From: Clostridiaceae bacterium
Lineage (GTDB): Bacteria > Bacillota > Clostridia > Saccharofermentanales > DTU023
DNA: 27,237 nucleotides
Assembly (NCBI GenBank): GCA_012511735.1
Contig: JAAZFK010000256.1
Span: forward strand, 1-27,237
Direction of reading: 5' to 3'
In this document: positions 8,305-17,360 of the stretch, piece by piece
How positions within the stretch are numbered: the first letter of the stretch is position 1
Layout: the number at the start of each line of letters is the position of its first letter
Position numbers and translations under genes: made by a program
Notes under the pieces: model-generated
Seen by the model: only the letters and a program-made list of their open reading frames with translations
What the model was told of the DNA's origin: nothing
Databases searched by the model: none

Positions 8305-8865
8305 TTACAAACACCTGTAATCCTCTGCCAAAATGGCATAGTAGCAGGCATCCACGAAGGGACCGTCCGGCTTATAGATGGCTTGGCGGTGGACTCCCTC
8401 AAATCTCATGCCGCATTTTTTCATCACATCACCTGAGTGGACGTTGGCCGGCTCATGACAGGATTCAATCCTGTTGGCCCCTGCCTCGTCGAAAAAGAAG
8501 CGGATCAGGCGGGCGAGAGCTTCCGAAACATATCCCTGATGCCACCAAGCCTTACCGATGCAATAGCCGATGTGAACCATGCGGATGTTGTCGCGGCCTT
8601 CAACCGAGCCGATGCTGCCGATCAGGACCGAACCCTCCTTGAGCTCGATGCCCCAACTGTAGTAGTTTTTAAAATCATAGCTGTTGACCCAGGTCCGGAG
8701 AATTTCTGTCGTCTCTCCGACATCACGATGCGGGTGCCAGGACAGGTACCTGGTTACTTCGGGATCGCTGGCCCAGTTGTCATACATGGCCTGGGCGTCA
8801 TCAACTGTAAAACGGCGAAGAATCAGCCTGTCAGTTTCGAGTCTGACGGTCCCCTTATGTATCAT
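8305..8865 (-). CDS. GNAT family N-acetyltransferase (RimJ/RimL-like)
   Basis: MIHKGTVRLETDRLILRRFT...WASDPEVTRY...IGYCIGKAWWHQGYVSEA...NVHSGDVMKKCGMRFEG; AGGAGA SD before ATG 8865. Confidence 0.88.
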   Translation of the reverse strand: MIHKGTVRLETDRLILRRFTVDDAQAMYDNWASDPEVTRYLSWHPHRDVGETTEILRTWVNSYDFKNYYSWGIELKEGSVLIGSIGSVEGRDNIRMVHIGYCIGKAWWHQGYVSEALARLIRFFFDEAGANRIESCHEPANVHSGDVMKKCGMRFEGVHRQAIYKPDGPFVDACYYAILAEDYRCL

Positions 8866-8896
8866 AATCTCTTCTCCTCTCGACGCCTGATATCTC

Positions 8897-8906
8897 ATGT
8901 TATCAT
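8897..8906. promoter_or_regulatory. Putative bidirectional promoter core (rnj / GNAT)
   Basis: Plus TGtTATCAT (8898-8906) and minus TGaTAACAT (8905-8897): two extended -10 elements sharing the TA at 8901-8902. Confidence 0.45.
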
Positions 8907-8925
8907 TGGATGTTAGTGATATCCC

Positions 8926-8953
8926 GGTGGCTGACGCTTTTCAGTCACCTTTT
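8926..8953 (+). terminator. Terminator-like hairpin in the putative rnj 5' UTR
   Basis: GGTGGCTGA-cgcttt-TCAGTCACC (9-bp stem with one G-U pair) followed by TTTTAT, about 10 nt before the rnj SD. Confidence 0.45.
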
Positions 8954-8973
8954 ATAAAAAATAGGAGTAAAAG

Positions 8974-10689
8974 ATGAGTCGTAAGAAAAAGGAAGAAACA
9001 GAGCTGGTAAGCAAGAAAAACAAAAACAAGAGCCTTCGCGTCATCCCCCTGGGGGGCATGCGCGAAATCGGCAAGAACATGACCGTTTTCGAATATGGAG
9101 ATGACATGGTGGTCATCGATTGCGGCATGGCCTTCCCCGACACCCGGATGCCGGGGATTGACATTATCATCCCGGACTTCACCTACCTGCGGGAGAACCG
9201 CGACAAGCTGCGTGGCATCATCGTCACCCATGGACATGAAGATCATATCGGGGCGCTGCCCTGGCTCTTAAAGGAATTTGACATCCCCGTCTATGCCTCG
9301 CCCATGGCTATGAAGCTGCTTGAGATCAAGCTGAGCAATACCAGACCCAAAATCGTCAGCAAGAAACTGCAGGTCATCCGGGCCGGCGAAACTTTGAACA
9401 TCGGTGATTTCAGCATCGAATTCGTTCATGTCAACCACTCCATCGCCGACGCGGTCTCAATCGCCCTGACCTGTCCTGTCGGGACCGTCTTTTTCACCGG
9501 CGACTTCAAAATTGATTACACCCCCACCACGGTTGATCCCATCGACCTGGGTAAAATCGCTGAGATCGGAAACCGCGGGGTTCTGGCCCTGATTTCCGAG
9601 AGCACCAACGCCGAGCGGCCCGGACATTCCCTGTCAGAACGGGAAGTCGGCCGTGCCTTCAAGGAGATCTTCACCGAGACCACCGGCCGCATCATCGTGG
9701 CCACCTTCTCCTCCAACGTCTTCCGTTTACAGCAGGTCATCTCGACAGCCGAGAGTTTCAACCGCAAGGTCCTGATCCTGGGCCGCAGCATGCTGAACGT
9801 TTTCGAGGCGGCCAAGAGTCTGGGTTATCTGGACGTCAAGCCCTCGACCATCATCGACATTCAGAGCCTGGACAGCTTCCCTCCGGAAGAGGTCGTCATC
9901 CTGGCGACAGGCAGTCAGGGCGAACCCATGTCGGCCTTGTCCCGACTGGCCTATTCCGAGCATCGAAGCACCGAGATCATGGAAGGTGACACAGTCATTT
10001 TGTCCTCCAGCATGATCCCCGGCAATGAAGAGGCCATCTATCGGTTGATCAACGAGCTCTTTATGAAAGGCGCCCAGGTCATCTATGAGTCACTGTCTGA
10101 AGTTCACGCCTCGGGCCATGCCTGCCAGGATGAACTGAAACAAATCCTGACCCTGACCCGGCCCCACTATTTCATCCCCTCTCACGGTGAATTCCGCATG
10201 CTCTATCGGCACGCGGAGCTGGCAAGTCAGATGGGCATCCCCAATGAGCGGATCGTCCTGACCAAGAACGGCGATATTCTGGAGTTTGATGAAAAAGGCC
10301 GGATGAGCTTTGCCGGCTACACCGAAGGTGCCGGCATCCTGATCGATGGCTCAGGGATGGGCGACGTCGATGAATACGTCCTGAACGACCGCCTCCGCCT
10401 GGCTGAGGACGGCGTTGTCTCGGTCGCCATCGTCATCGACGCGCAGGCCAACCGCCTCTATGGGGATCCGGTGGTCCAGGCCAAGGGTTTCATCTATGAA
10501 AGTGAAATGAATCATGTGATTGAGCTCTGCCAGGAACGCGTCAAGCAAATCGCGGACGAGCTGTGGGAAAAGAAAAAGCCCTTAAAAACCCAGATGACCT
10601 CGGCTGATGTCAGGGATAAGATTCAAAAGACCCTGTTCGAACTCACCCGCAGGCGGCCCGTTGTCATGGTGGCCGTCAAGGCCATCTGA
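8974..10689 (+). CDS. rnj: Ribonuclease J
   Basis: LRVIPLGGMREIGKNM, THGHEDHIG, HSIADA, FTGDFKID, ESTNAE, GSQGEPMSALSR, HASGHA, PSHGEFRML, RRPVV C-terminus. Confidence 0.96.
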   Translation: MSRKKKEETELVSKKNKNKSLRVIPLGGMREIGKNMTVFEYGDDMVVIDCGMAFPDTRMPGIDIIIPDFTYLRENRDKLRGIIVTHGHEDHIGALPWLLKEFDIPVYASPMAMKLLEIKLSNTRPKIVSKKLQVIRAGETLNIGDFSIEFVHVNHSIADAVSIALTCPVGTVFFTGDFKIDYTPTTVDPIDLGKIAEIGNRGVLALISESTNAERPGHSLSEREVGRAFKEIFTETTGRIIVATFSSNVFRLQQVISTAESFNRKVLILGRSMLNVFEAAKSLGYLDVKPSTIIDIQSLDSFPPEEVVILATGSQGEPMSALSRLAYSEHRSTEIMEGDTVILSSSMIPGNEEAIYRLINELFMKGAQVIYESLSEVHASGHACQDELKQILTLTRPHYFIPSHGEFRMLYRHAELASQMGIPNERIVLTKNGDILEFDEKGRMSFAGYTEGAGILIDGSGMGDVDEYVLNDRLRLAEDGVVSVAIVIDAQANRLYGDPVVQAKGFIYESEMNHVIELCQERVKQIADELWEKKKPLKTQMTSADVRDKIQKTLFELTRRRPVVMVAVKAI

Positions 10690-10690
10690 C

Positions 10691-13039
10691 TCAGTTGTGA
10701 CCCCGGGAGACGCTGACGACGCTGTCGATGGCCTTGATCCGGCCGACCAGCTTGTCGTATTGTTCCTGGTTCTCAATTTCCACCGTCAAAAGAAGGTTGG
10801 CGCTGATATCCCGGGCTGACGAAATGCGGGCCGACTGAACAGGGATCTGCTCATCGGCGATGGCCGCGGAGATCTCGGCCAGCAGGTTGGCCCGGTCACG
10901 GGCGATCACCCGGATCTCAACCGGATACATGCGGTGAGATTCAGCTGACCCCGTCGTCCATTCAACATCGATCAACCGGGAGGCGCGCTCGGCATCTTCC
11001 GGCGAACGGTCAAAAGAATCCAGAATATTGCGGATATTGGGGCAGTCAATCCGGTGAACCGCCACCCCCATGCCCCGGGTGACGTACCCGATGATCTGAT
11101 CACCCGGTACCGGGTTGCAGCAGCGGGACATTTTGAGCAGAGCATTGTCCAGGCCCCGGACCTTGACAGGAATCTCACTGGGTTTGCGCTGTTTCTTCCT
11201 GCTCGGTCTGGGCGCCGTCTGATCCAGAATCAGGGCCTCACTGACCAGCAGGTTGGGCGGGTTATGGATGACCTGGCCTGATTTGGAGACACGGTAGCCC
11301 AGCTTGACCCGCTCTTCTTCTGGCAGGGAAAGGACGTAGGCGTCCCGGAGTTTGGGAACCACACGGCCCGCGGGCAGGCCGCCGTAGCCCACGCCGGCCA
11401 GCAGATCGTCCAGGGTATGGATGGAATAGCGCCTCAGGATGGGCGTGTAATACTCTTTTTTCAAAAGATCGGATGTATGGAAACCCAGTTTCTGGATTTC
11501 CCGGTCCAGCAATTCCCTGCCACGGACAATGTTTTCGTCACGCCGTTCCCTTTTGAACCAGGTGGAGATTTTATTGCGGGCAGTCCCGCTCTTGACGATG
11601 TTGAGCCAGTCCCTGGAAGGTCCCCGGACCTTGTCGGAGGTCAGGATCTCGACAATATCCCCGTTTTTGAGTTCGTAGGTCAGCGATACCATACGGCCGT
11701 TGACCTTGGCCCCGTACATGGAATTGCCGATATCACTGTGGATATGGTAGGCAAAATCGACCGGCACAGCCCCTGCCGGAAGTGAGATTACCTTGCCCAT
11801 GGGCGTAAAAACGAAGACCTCGTCGGGAATCAATCCCTCTTTCAGAGCATCCATATAGTCATGCGCGTCGCTCATGTCGCTCTGCCACTCCAGCAGCTGA
11901 CGGAGCCAGGAGAGCCGGATCTCAAAGATATCCTGCTTCTTTTCAGTGGATCCCTCTTTGTAGCGCCAGTGGGCGGCGATCCCGTACTCAGCCGTCCGGT
12001 GCATCTCCTCTGTCCGGATCTGGACTTCGAAGGGAATCCCCCGGTGACCGATCACGGTGGTATGAAGCGACTGGTAGCCGTTGCTTTTCGGCATGGCGAT
12101 GTAATCACGGAAGCGGCCGGGAATGGGCTTGTAGAGCTCATGGACCAAGCCCAGAACCGCGTAACACTCGCTGACGGTGGGCACAATGATCCGGGTCGCG
12201 AAGAGATCGTAGATCTCGTCCAGCTGCTTGACCTGGACTTTCATTTTGCGGTAAATGCTGTAAAAATGCTTGGGCCGGCCTTCGATTTCAGCGGCGATCC
12301 CCATGGCGGCGATCTTGATGGTCAGCTCTTCCGTGATCTCCTTGAGATACTCTTCGCGATCTGAGCGGCGCTGGGACAACATACCCACCAGCTCATAATA
12401 AGCGTCGGGATCCAGGTAGCGAAGGCTCAGGTCCTCCAACTCCCACTTGATCCGGTGGATCCCCAGCCGGGCGGCCAGGGGCGCGTAGATGTCAAGGGTC
12501 TCGCGGGCGGTCGCCACCTGCTTGTCCGGCTCCTTGAACTTCATGGTCCGCATGTTGTGCAAACGGTCGGCCAGCTTGATCAGGACCACGCGGATATCCT
12601 TGGCCATGGCCAGAAACATCTTGCGGAAATTCTGGGCCTGCAATTCCTCTTTTGACGAATAGGAGATCCGGGACAGCTTGGTCACCCCGTCCACCAGCTC
12701 CGCCACATCACCGCCCAGGGCCTCCTTGACCTGTTCCAGGGTCAAATCGGTATCCTCGACCGTATCGTGAACCAGGGCAGCAGCCAGGGTATGATCGTCC
12801 ACCAGTCCCAGGTCGAAGAGAATCTTCATGGCGGCGACCGGGTGGATAATGTAGGGCTCACCGGTTGCCCGGAATTGACTTTTGTGGGCATCCTTGGAAA
12901 GTTTATAGGCAGTTGCCAGCAGCGAAGCATCGTCGCGATGCGCCGCTTTCTTCCAGGTCCTGACGAAGCCATCCATCTCGGCGTCCGTCCTGGCCATGGT
13001 TTCGAGTTGTTCTTCCGTATAAACAACCGGGTCGGTCAT
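10691..13039 (-). CDS. rel: Bifunctional (p)ppGpp synthetase/hydrolase Rel (long RSH)
   Basis: GEPYIIHP, HDTVED (intact HD hydrolase), KLADRLHNMRT, GRPKHFYSIYRKM, NGYQSLHTT, EVQIRT, AAHWRYK, TGS (VDFAYHIHS), CCNPVPGD, ACT domain. Start ATG 13039 overlaps the recJ stop (ATGA). Confidence 0.96.
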   Translation of the reverse strand: MTDPVVYTEEQLETMARTDAEMDGFVRTWKKAAHRDDASLLATAYKLSKDAHKSQFRATGEPYIIHPVAAMKILFDLGLVDDHTLAAALVHDTVEDTDLTLEQVKEALGGDVAELVDGVTKLSRISYSSKEELQAQNFRKMFLAMAKDIRVVLIKLADRLHNMRTMKFKEPDKQVATARETLDIYAPLAARLGIHRIKWELEDLSLRYLDPDAYYELVGMLSQRRSDREEYLKEITEELTIKIAAMGIAAEIEGRPKHFYSIYRKMKVQVKQLDEIYDLFATRIIVPTVSECYAVLGLVHELYKPIPGRFRDYIAMPKSNGYQSLHTTVIGHRGIPFEVQIRTEEMHRTAEYGIAAHWRYKEGSTEKKQDIFEIRLSWLRQLLEWQSDMSDAHDYMDALKEGLIPDEVFVFTPMGKVISLPAGAVPVDFAYHIHSDIGNSMYGAKVNGRMVSLTYELKNGDIVEILTSDKVRGPSRDWLNIVKSGTARNKISTWFKRERRDENIVRGRELLDREIQKLGFHTSDLLKKEYYTPILRRYSIHTLDDLLAGVGYGGLPAGRVVPKLRDAYVLSLPEEERVKLGYRVSKSGQVIHNPPNLLVSEALILDQTAPRPSRKKQRKPSEIPVKVRGLDNALLKMSRCCNPVPGDQIIGYVTRGMGVAVHRIDCPNIRNILDSFDRSPEDAERASRLIDVEWTTGSAESHRMYPVEIRVIARDRANLLAEISAAIADEQIPVQSARISSARDISANLLLTVEIENQEQYDKLVGRIKAIDSVVSVSRGHN

Positions 13040-15186
13040 CCGACGATTACCCCCAACTCCTTCAGTTCTGTCCACAGGGGAGATTCCGACAAGGCCGGTC
13101 GGCTTCCCCCTCGCTCAAGCCTGGAACAGATGAAACTGCCGTCCCCTTCATTCTCCAGCCGGATCAGGCCGGCCTGTTCGAAGATGGCCATGGCCAACAA
13201 GAGGCCCAAGGGATCCGTCTTTCCATTATAACGGTGTGACAGGAGCCATGCCAGACGCACAGGGAGAAAAGCCAGGCCGGCGCCACCCGCGTCACAAAGC
13301 GACTCCAATAATTGCCAAAGTGATCCAAAAAGGGACTGGGACAGGCGCAGGTCCGATCCGCCTTCCATATCCGAAATAGCCTGGGAAGCCTGCCCGTTCA
13401 GCCTGGCGAATCCATCGACGGCCTGCCGGTTGATCTGGTCGTGGCGTCCGGGCCGGATCTCAACCAGCCTCACCTGGACCGTTTCCCGGTCGCGCCAGCG
13501 ATTCAGTTCAGGGACGCCCAGGATTTCAACGGTGTCACCGATCGCATAGAAATGATCCTCCTGACCTCTGCCAAAAAGGAGGGCCTCGAAAAGCCGCATG
13601 GAGGGATCACTGGTTCTCAGGGTGAACTTAAGGTGGCGCCCCTCCCCTACCCGCTGCATCCCTTCAATGGTCAGATCCGACAACCAGACCAGTGGCCGCT
13701 CAAATCCACTCCCGGTGGGCTCGAAGATATCAAACCCGCGAACCAGGTCGTTGTCGAGCTCGCTTCCGGTCAGGACGACGTCTGCCTGATACGGTTGGTG
13801 CCGGATGTGGCGGGGGATGGCCTCGATGGATCGGGTCATCTGCTGACAGAAGGCCTCCAGATTCCCTGCATGGAGCGTCAGGCCGGCCGCGCCGGCATGG
13901 CCTCCGTATTTTTCAAGCAAAGGGGCGGAAGCGCGGATGGCTTTGATTAAATCGATGCTGCCGTAACTGCGGGCCGAGCCCGTCAGCCATCCGTCCTCTT
14001 CGTTCAGGGTGATGGCGGGCACGCGCAGTTTTTCGGCCAGACGGGAGCTGACGATCCCCATGACACCCGCGTGCCAGTCTTTACCGACCGCGATGGCGAC
14101 AGAAACCGGGTCGGTGCCGCACACCGTCAACACCTGGTCGAAGGCCTGGGAAAAGATCTCCTGCTCCACCAGCCGCCGCTCCTGGTTGAGCGCGTCCAGC
14201 TTGCGCGCCAACTGGTCGGCTCTCGAAGGGTCATCTTCCAGGAGGAGGTCCAGCGCCAGCCTGACATCTCCCATCCTGCCGGCCGCGTTCAGCCTGGGCG
14301 CCAGGGAAAAGGCAATGTCCCGCGCGGTCAGAGCCTGATCGCCGGGGGACAGACGCTTAAGGGCCTTCAGACCTTCAGGCGCGTGGGTTTCAAAAAAGTC
14401 AAGTCCATGGCGGACCAGGATCCGGTTGGCCTCGACCAGAGGCATGACATCCGCCACTGTGCCCACTGAGGCCAGTACGAAAAGAGAGGGTCGGTGATCC
14501 GGCAGCCTGTCCATCTGGCGGTCCAGCGCCAAGGTCAGCATCAGGGCAACGCCTGCGCCTGACAGATAGGGGAAGGGATAGGCCTCACCTTGCAGTGTGG
14601 GGTTGATCAGGGGCGCTTTCGGGCAGTGAAAATCCCCGGTCGCCTGATGGTGATCGGTCACGATCACGTCGATGCCCCGCTCAAGCAGATCTTCCACCAG
14701 ATCGGGTGAAGAAGTGCCCGTGTCAACCGTAATGACCAGGTCAGGGCGATGAAGCTCAATCTCATCAACCAAAGCCGGCGAAAGACCGTAACCGTCGTCA
14801 AATCGGTCAGGGATCAAAACCTGGGGCGGATGCCCCAGGCCGGTAAAATAGCGTGACAGGATGGCGGCGGCCGTCAGGCCGTCCGCGTCGTAGTCCCCGA
14901 AGATCAAAAGACGGGGCGCCCCGGCGCGCAAATGATTCTCGATCAGACGGCAAGCCTCTTCCATGTCGCGGAAAAGGAAAGGATCCGGCAGATCATCCAG
15001 GGAGGCCTCGAAAAATTGTTTTTGTTTTTGTGGCGTGTCAAAGCCCCTGGCTCTCAGAATCCGGTCCGGCACGGACAGGCCGGCCGGGTCGACAGCAGGG
15101 TCTTCAACCAGCTCCCAGGGAACGGGAAGGAGCCAGTTCAACAATTCTTGTCTGGTGATCTCTCGGCGCATGTGAGGATCCCCCAT
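13036..15186 (-). CDS. recJ: Single-stranded-DNA-specific exonuclease RecJ
   Basis: IFGDYDADG, PDRFDDGYGL, VDTG, TDHH, LSGAGVA, GTVADVMPL, PRLNAAGRMG, NQERR, GSARS, GGHAGAAG, PTGSGFERP; C-terminal extension. Alternative start at 15171. Confidence 0.94.
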   Translation of the reverse strand: MGDPHMRREITRQELLNWLLPVPWELVEDPAVDPAGLSVPDRILRARGFDTPQKQKQFFEASLDDLPDPFLFRDMEEACRLIENHLRAGAPRLLIFGDYDADGLTAAAILSRYFTGLGHPPQVLIPDRFDDGYGLSPALVDEIELHRPDLVITVDTGTSSPDLVEDLLERGIDVIVTDHHQATGDFHCPKAPLINPTLQGEAYPFPYLSGAGVALMLTLALDRQMDRLPDHRPSLFVLASVGTVADVMPLVEANRILVRHGLDFFETHAPEGLKALKRLSPGDQALTARDIAFSLAPRLNAAGRMGDVRLALDLLLEDDPSRADQLARKLDALNQERRLVEQEIFSQAFDQVLTVCGTDPVSVAIAVGKDWHAGVMGIVSSRLAEKLRVPAITLNEEDGWLTGSARSYGSIDLIKAIRASAPLLEKYGGHAGAAGLTLHAGNLEAFCQQMTRSIEAIPRHIRHQPYQADVVLTGSELDNDLVRGFDIFEPTGSGFERPLVWLSDLTIEGMQRVGEGRHLKFTLRTSDPSMRLFEALLFGRGQEDHFYAIGDTVEILGVPELNRWRDRETVQVRLVEIRPGRHDQINRQAVDGFARLNGQASQAISDMEGGSDLRLSQSLFGSLWQLLESLCDAGGAGLAFLPVRLAWLLSHRYNGKTDPLGLLLAMAIFEQAGLIRLENEGDGSFICSRLERGGSRPALSESPLWTELKELGVIVG

Positions 15187-15199
15187 TTCTCCTCCATAG

Positions 15200-15238
15200 A
15201 AAAGAGGCCCGCTGTCAGGTACAACGAACCTCTCTTTT
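15200..15238 (-). terminator. Probable (weak) intrinsic terminator after rpsU
   Basis: Minus strand AAAAGAGAGG-TTCGTTGT-acctg-ACAGCGGG-CCTC-TTTT: G-U-rich stem and short U tract, ending about 5 nt before the recJ SD. Confidence 0.5.
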
Positions 15239-15253
15239 GTCGTCCTTGAAAAA

Positions 15254-15427
15254 TCAGCGCTTGCGCTTTCTGGCGGCTTCTGCTTTTTTCTTCCGTTTTA
15301 CACTCGGCTTTTCATAGTGTTCGCGTTTACGTACTTCAGCAAGCACGCCGGAACGGGCGCATGAACGCTTGAAACGTCTCAGCGCACTGTCCAGGGATTC
15401 ATTTTCTTTTACACGAATCTCCGTCAA
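15254..15427 (-). CDS. rpsU: 30S ribosomal protein S21 (57 aa; missed by the ORF track)
   Basis: TTG start after GGGAGGG; [57 protein letters not shown]. Confidence 0.96.
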   Translation of the reverse strand: MTEIRVKENESLDSALRRFKRSCARSGVLAEVRKREHYEKPSVKRKKKAEAARKRKR

Positions 15428-15487
15428 CCTTATCCCTCCCCTCGCAGTGGACTCTGAGTAACCCGACAGGATTCACAGTTCCTGAGT

Positions 15488-15517
15488 AGTATACAATGAA
15501 TCTCAGACCGAGGTCAA
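15488..15517 (-). promoter_or_regulatory. sigmaA-type promoter of rpsU, overlapping a plus-strand -10 candidate
   Basis: Minus TTGACC-N18-TATACT; plus TACAAT at 15492-15497 shares the TA at 15492-15493. Confidence 0.65.
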
Positions 15518-15560
15518 ATAGCAAAAGGTCGCAAGCGCCGTCAGGAGGTAGCCAAGAGCC

Positions 15561-17360
15561 ATGTCGAGCCGGAAGTTCAAAAAAGGGGCGGGGCTGATTC
15601 TCCTCGTCTTTTTAATCTCCTTGCTGCTCCCGGGATCCATGGTCCACGCCGCGGAGGGGAATCCCGCAAGTTTCGTTGACAAGGCTGAAGTCGATGTCCG
15701 GATTAAAAGTGATGGAACCGTGGACATCCAGGAGACCTTTGCCTTTCATTTCAATCAGAAAAAGACAAACATCCCCTTTGATCTGGCCTTCCCGCTTGAA
15801 GGTGAACCGCACCTGCAATCAATTGAATTTGCCAGGGAAGACGAAACCGGTGAGGAAAAGTTCATCCAGATCGCGCCCTACGATAAGCTCCGGCCTCAAC
15901 CGCTCGCCTACACAACCAAACGCAAGAACGACCGGATCAGGATCGACCTGGTCACCACCGGTCTGCAGGGCAATTACCTGGTACGGATCAGCTACCAGTG
16001 GAACCGGGGCGCTGTCCTGAAAGATGGGAGAGCGGTGGTCTTCGGCCCCTTGCTGGCCCTCCACCCCGACACCCTGGTTGAGACCATGAAATGGACCCTG
16101 ACCTTTCCCGAGGCTGTCCAGCTGGATCAGACCCGGATATCACCCGTTTCCATCCATCCCATGACGACCAACCGTACCTCGGAATCCAGTCTGACCTACG
16201 TGGATAACCAAGCCTTTTATAAGGTCGACGGCATCGCCGTGCTCATCAGCATGCCTCCATCCGCTTTCCCCCTCATCCTCGCCGCCTCCGACAGCACGCC
16301 CCTGACGGGCCTCTTTGAACAGGCCGAGAGCAAAGCCAGGACCCTGTCGCGCCTAGGCAAAATCAGGCAATCCATCATCCGGATCGTGGTGCCCCTGATC
16401 GCCACCGGCTTGCTGATCTACCTGGCACTCTACCTGGTTCAACTGGTAGGGCTTCCCCGGATACGGAAAGATTTCGCCCTCTGGCCGGCGACCGGCTCAC
16501 CCGCCATCGTCGGCAAGCTGACCCGGATTCTCCCTACCGATTCCCTCCTGCTTCTGGGCACCCTCCTGCGCCTGGTCAACCGCAAGGAGATTATCTGGCG
16601 GGATGAGGTCTTTGAGTGGAAAAATCCCGGGCGAAATGATTTCTCGGATTTCGCGCCCTGGGAGATTCTTCTCTTGCAATGGCTGTTTACTGAAGATGAG
16701 GCCTACGACCATGTACTGGCCCCCGAACGGCTGCGGACCGCTGCCCGGGATCCCGATTTTCGCAAGCTGGCCCACCGCTTTCAAAAGCAGATTGATGAAG
16801 GTTTTCTCCGCAGGGATTTGAACAACGCCAGACTGACCCTGATTTTCAGAGCTGTCTTTATCGCGCTGGCCGCCGCTTTTTTAATCATGACCATCATCCT
16901 CTATTGGATCACCCACGCGGCGACCGCCTTCCTGCTCCTCATCCCCGCTGTCTTTTTCACCTTCGGCGGCATCACCTTCCGTTTCCTGACCCGCAAGGGC
17001 GTGCGCCGCTATCGTGACAGCCAGCACTTTGCCCGGAGGCTTGCAACCCCGCAGATCATTATCGAGTCCTGCTCAGGCAGGCTCAATGACGCCGAGACCA
17101 TGATCAGTATCCTACCCGCGGCGTTCACTTTAAAAAGACCCAAAGCCTTCTTCCAGGGCATCCGTTCCCTGCCGCCCCTCCAATTCGCGCGCGCGGCTTA
17201 CGCCCTGCTCTACGTCTATCGCAGAATCCCCATACCGGAGCGAGAGGCGGATGGGCTTGCTGTGGATGAGGCGGAATTGGAAAGACTGGGTCGGGATCTT
17301 GACGAGATGGAGCGGATCTTATCCGCCTGGAAAGAATTCTTTGATTCCTGCTTTATTTAA
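15561..17360 (+). CDS. DUF2207-like membrane protein (signal peptide, extracellular domain, 3+ TM helices)
   Basis: Signal peptide ending VHA-A; VDVRIKSDGTVDIQETFAF pattern; LLGTLLRLVNRKEI and FAPWEILLLQWLF resemble the DUF2207 middle region; TM segments near the C-terminus. Family assignment from recall only. Confidence 0.6.
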   Translation: MSSRKFKKGAGLILLVFLISLLLPGSMVHAAEGNPASFVDKAEVDVRIKSDGTVDIQETFAFHFNQKKTNIPFDLAFPLEGEPHLQSIEFAREDETGEEKFIQIAPYDKLRPQPLAYTTKRKNDRIRIDLVTTGLQGNYLVRISYQWNRGAVLKDGRAVVFGPLLALHPDTLVETMKWTLTFPEAVQLDQTRISPVSIHPMTTNRTSESSLTYVDNQAFYKVDGIAVLISMPPSAFPLILAASDSTPLTGLFEQAESKARTLSRLGKIRQSIIRIVVPLIATGLLIYLALYLVQLVGLPRIRKDFALWPATGSPAIVGKLTRILPTDSLLLLGTLLRLVNRKEIIWRDEVFEWKNPGRNDFSDFAPWEILLLQWLFTEDEAYDHVLAPERLRTAARDPDFRKLAHRFQKQIDEGFLRRDLNNARLTLIFRAVFIALAAAFLIMTIILYWITHAATAFLLLIPAVFFTFGGITFRFLTRKGVRRYRDSQHFARRLATPQIIIESCSGRLNDAETMISILPAAFTLKRPKAFFQGIRSLPPLQFARAAYALLYVYRRIPIPEREADGLAVDEAELERLGRDLDEMERILSAWKEFFDSCFI

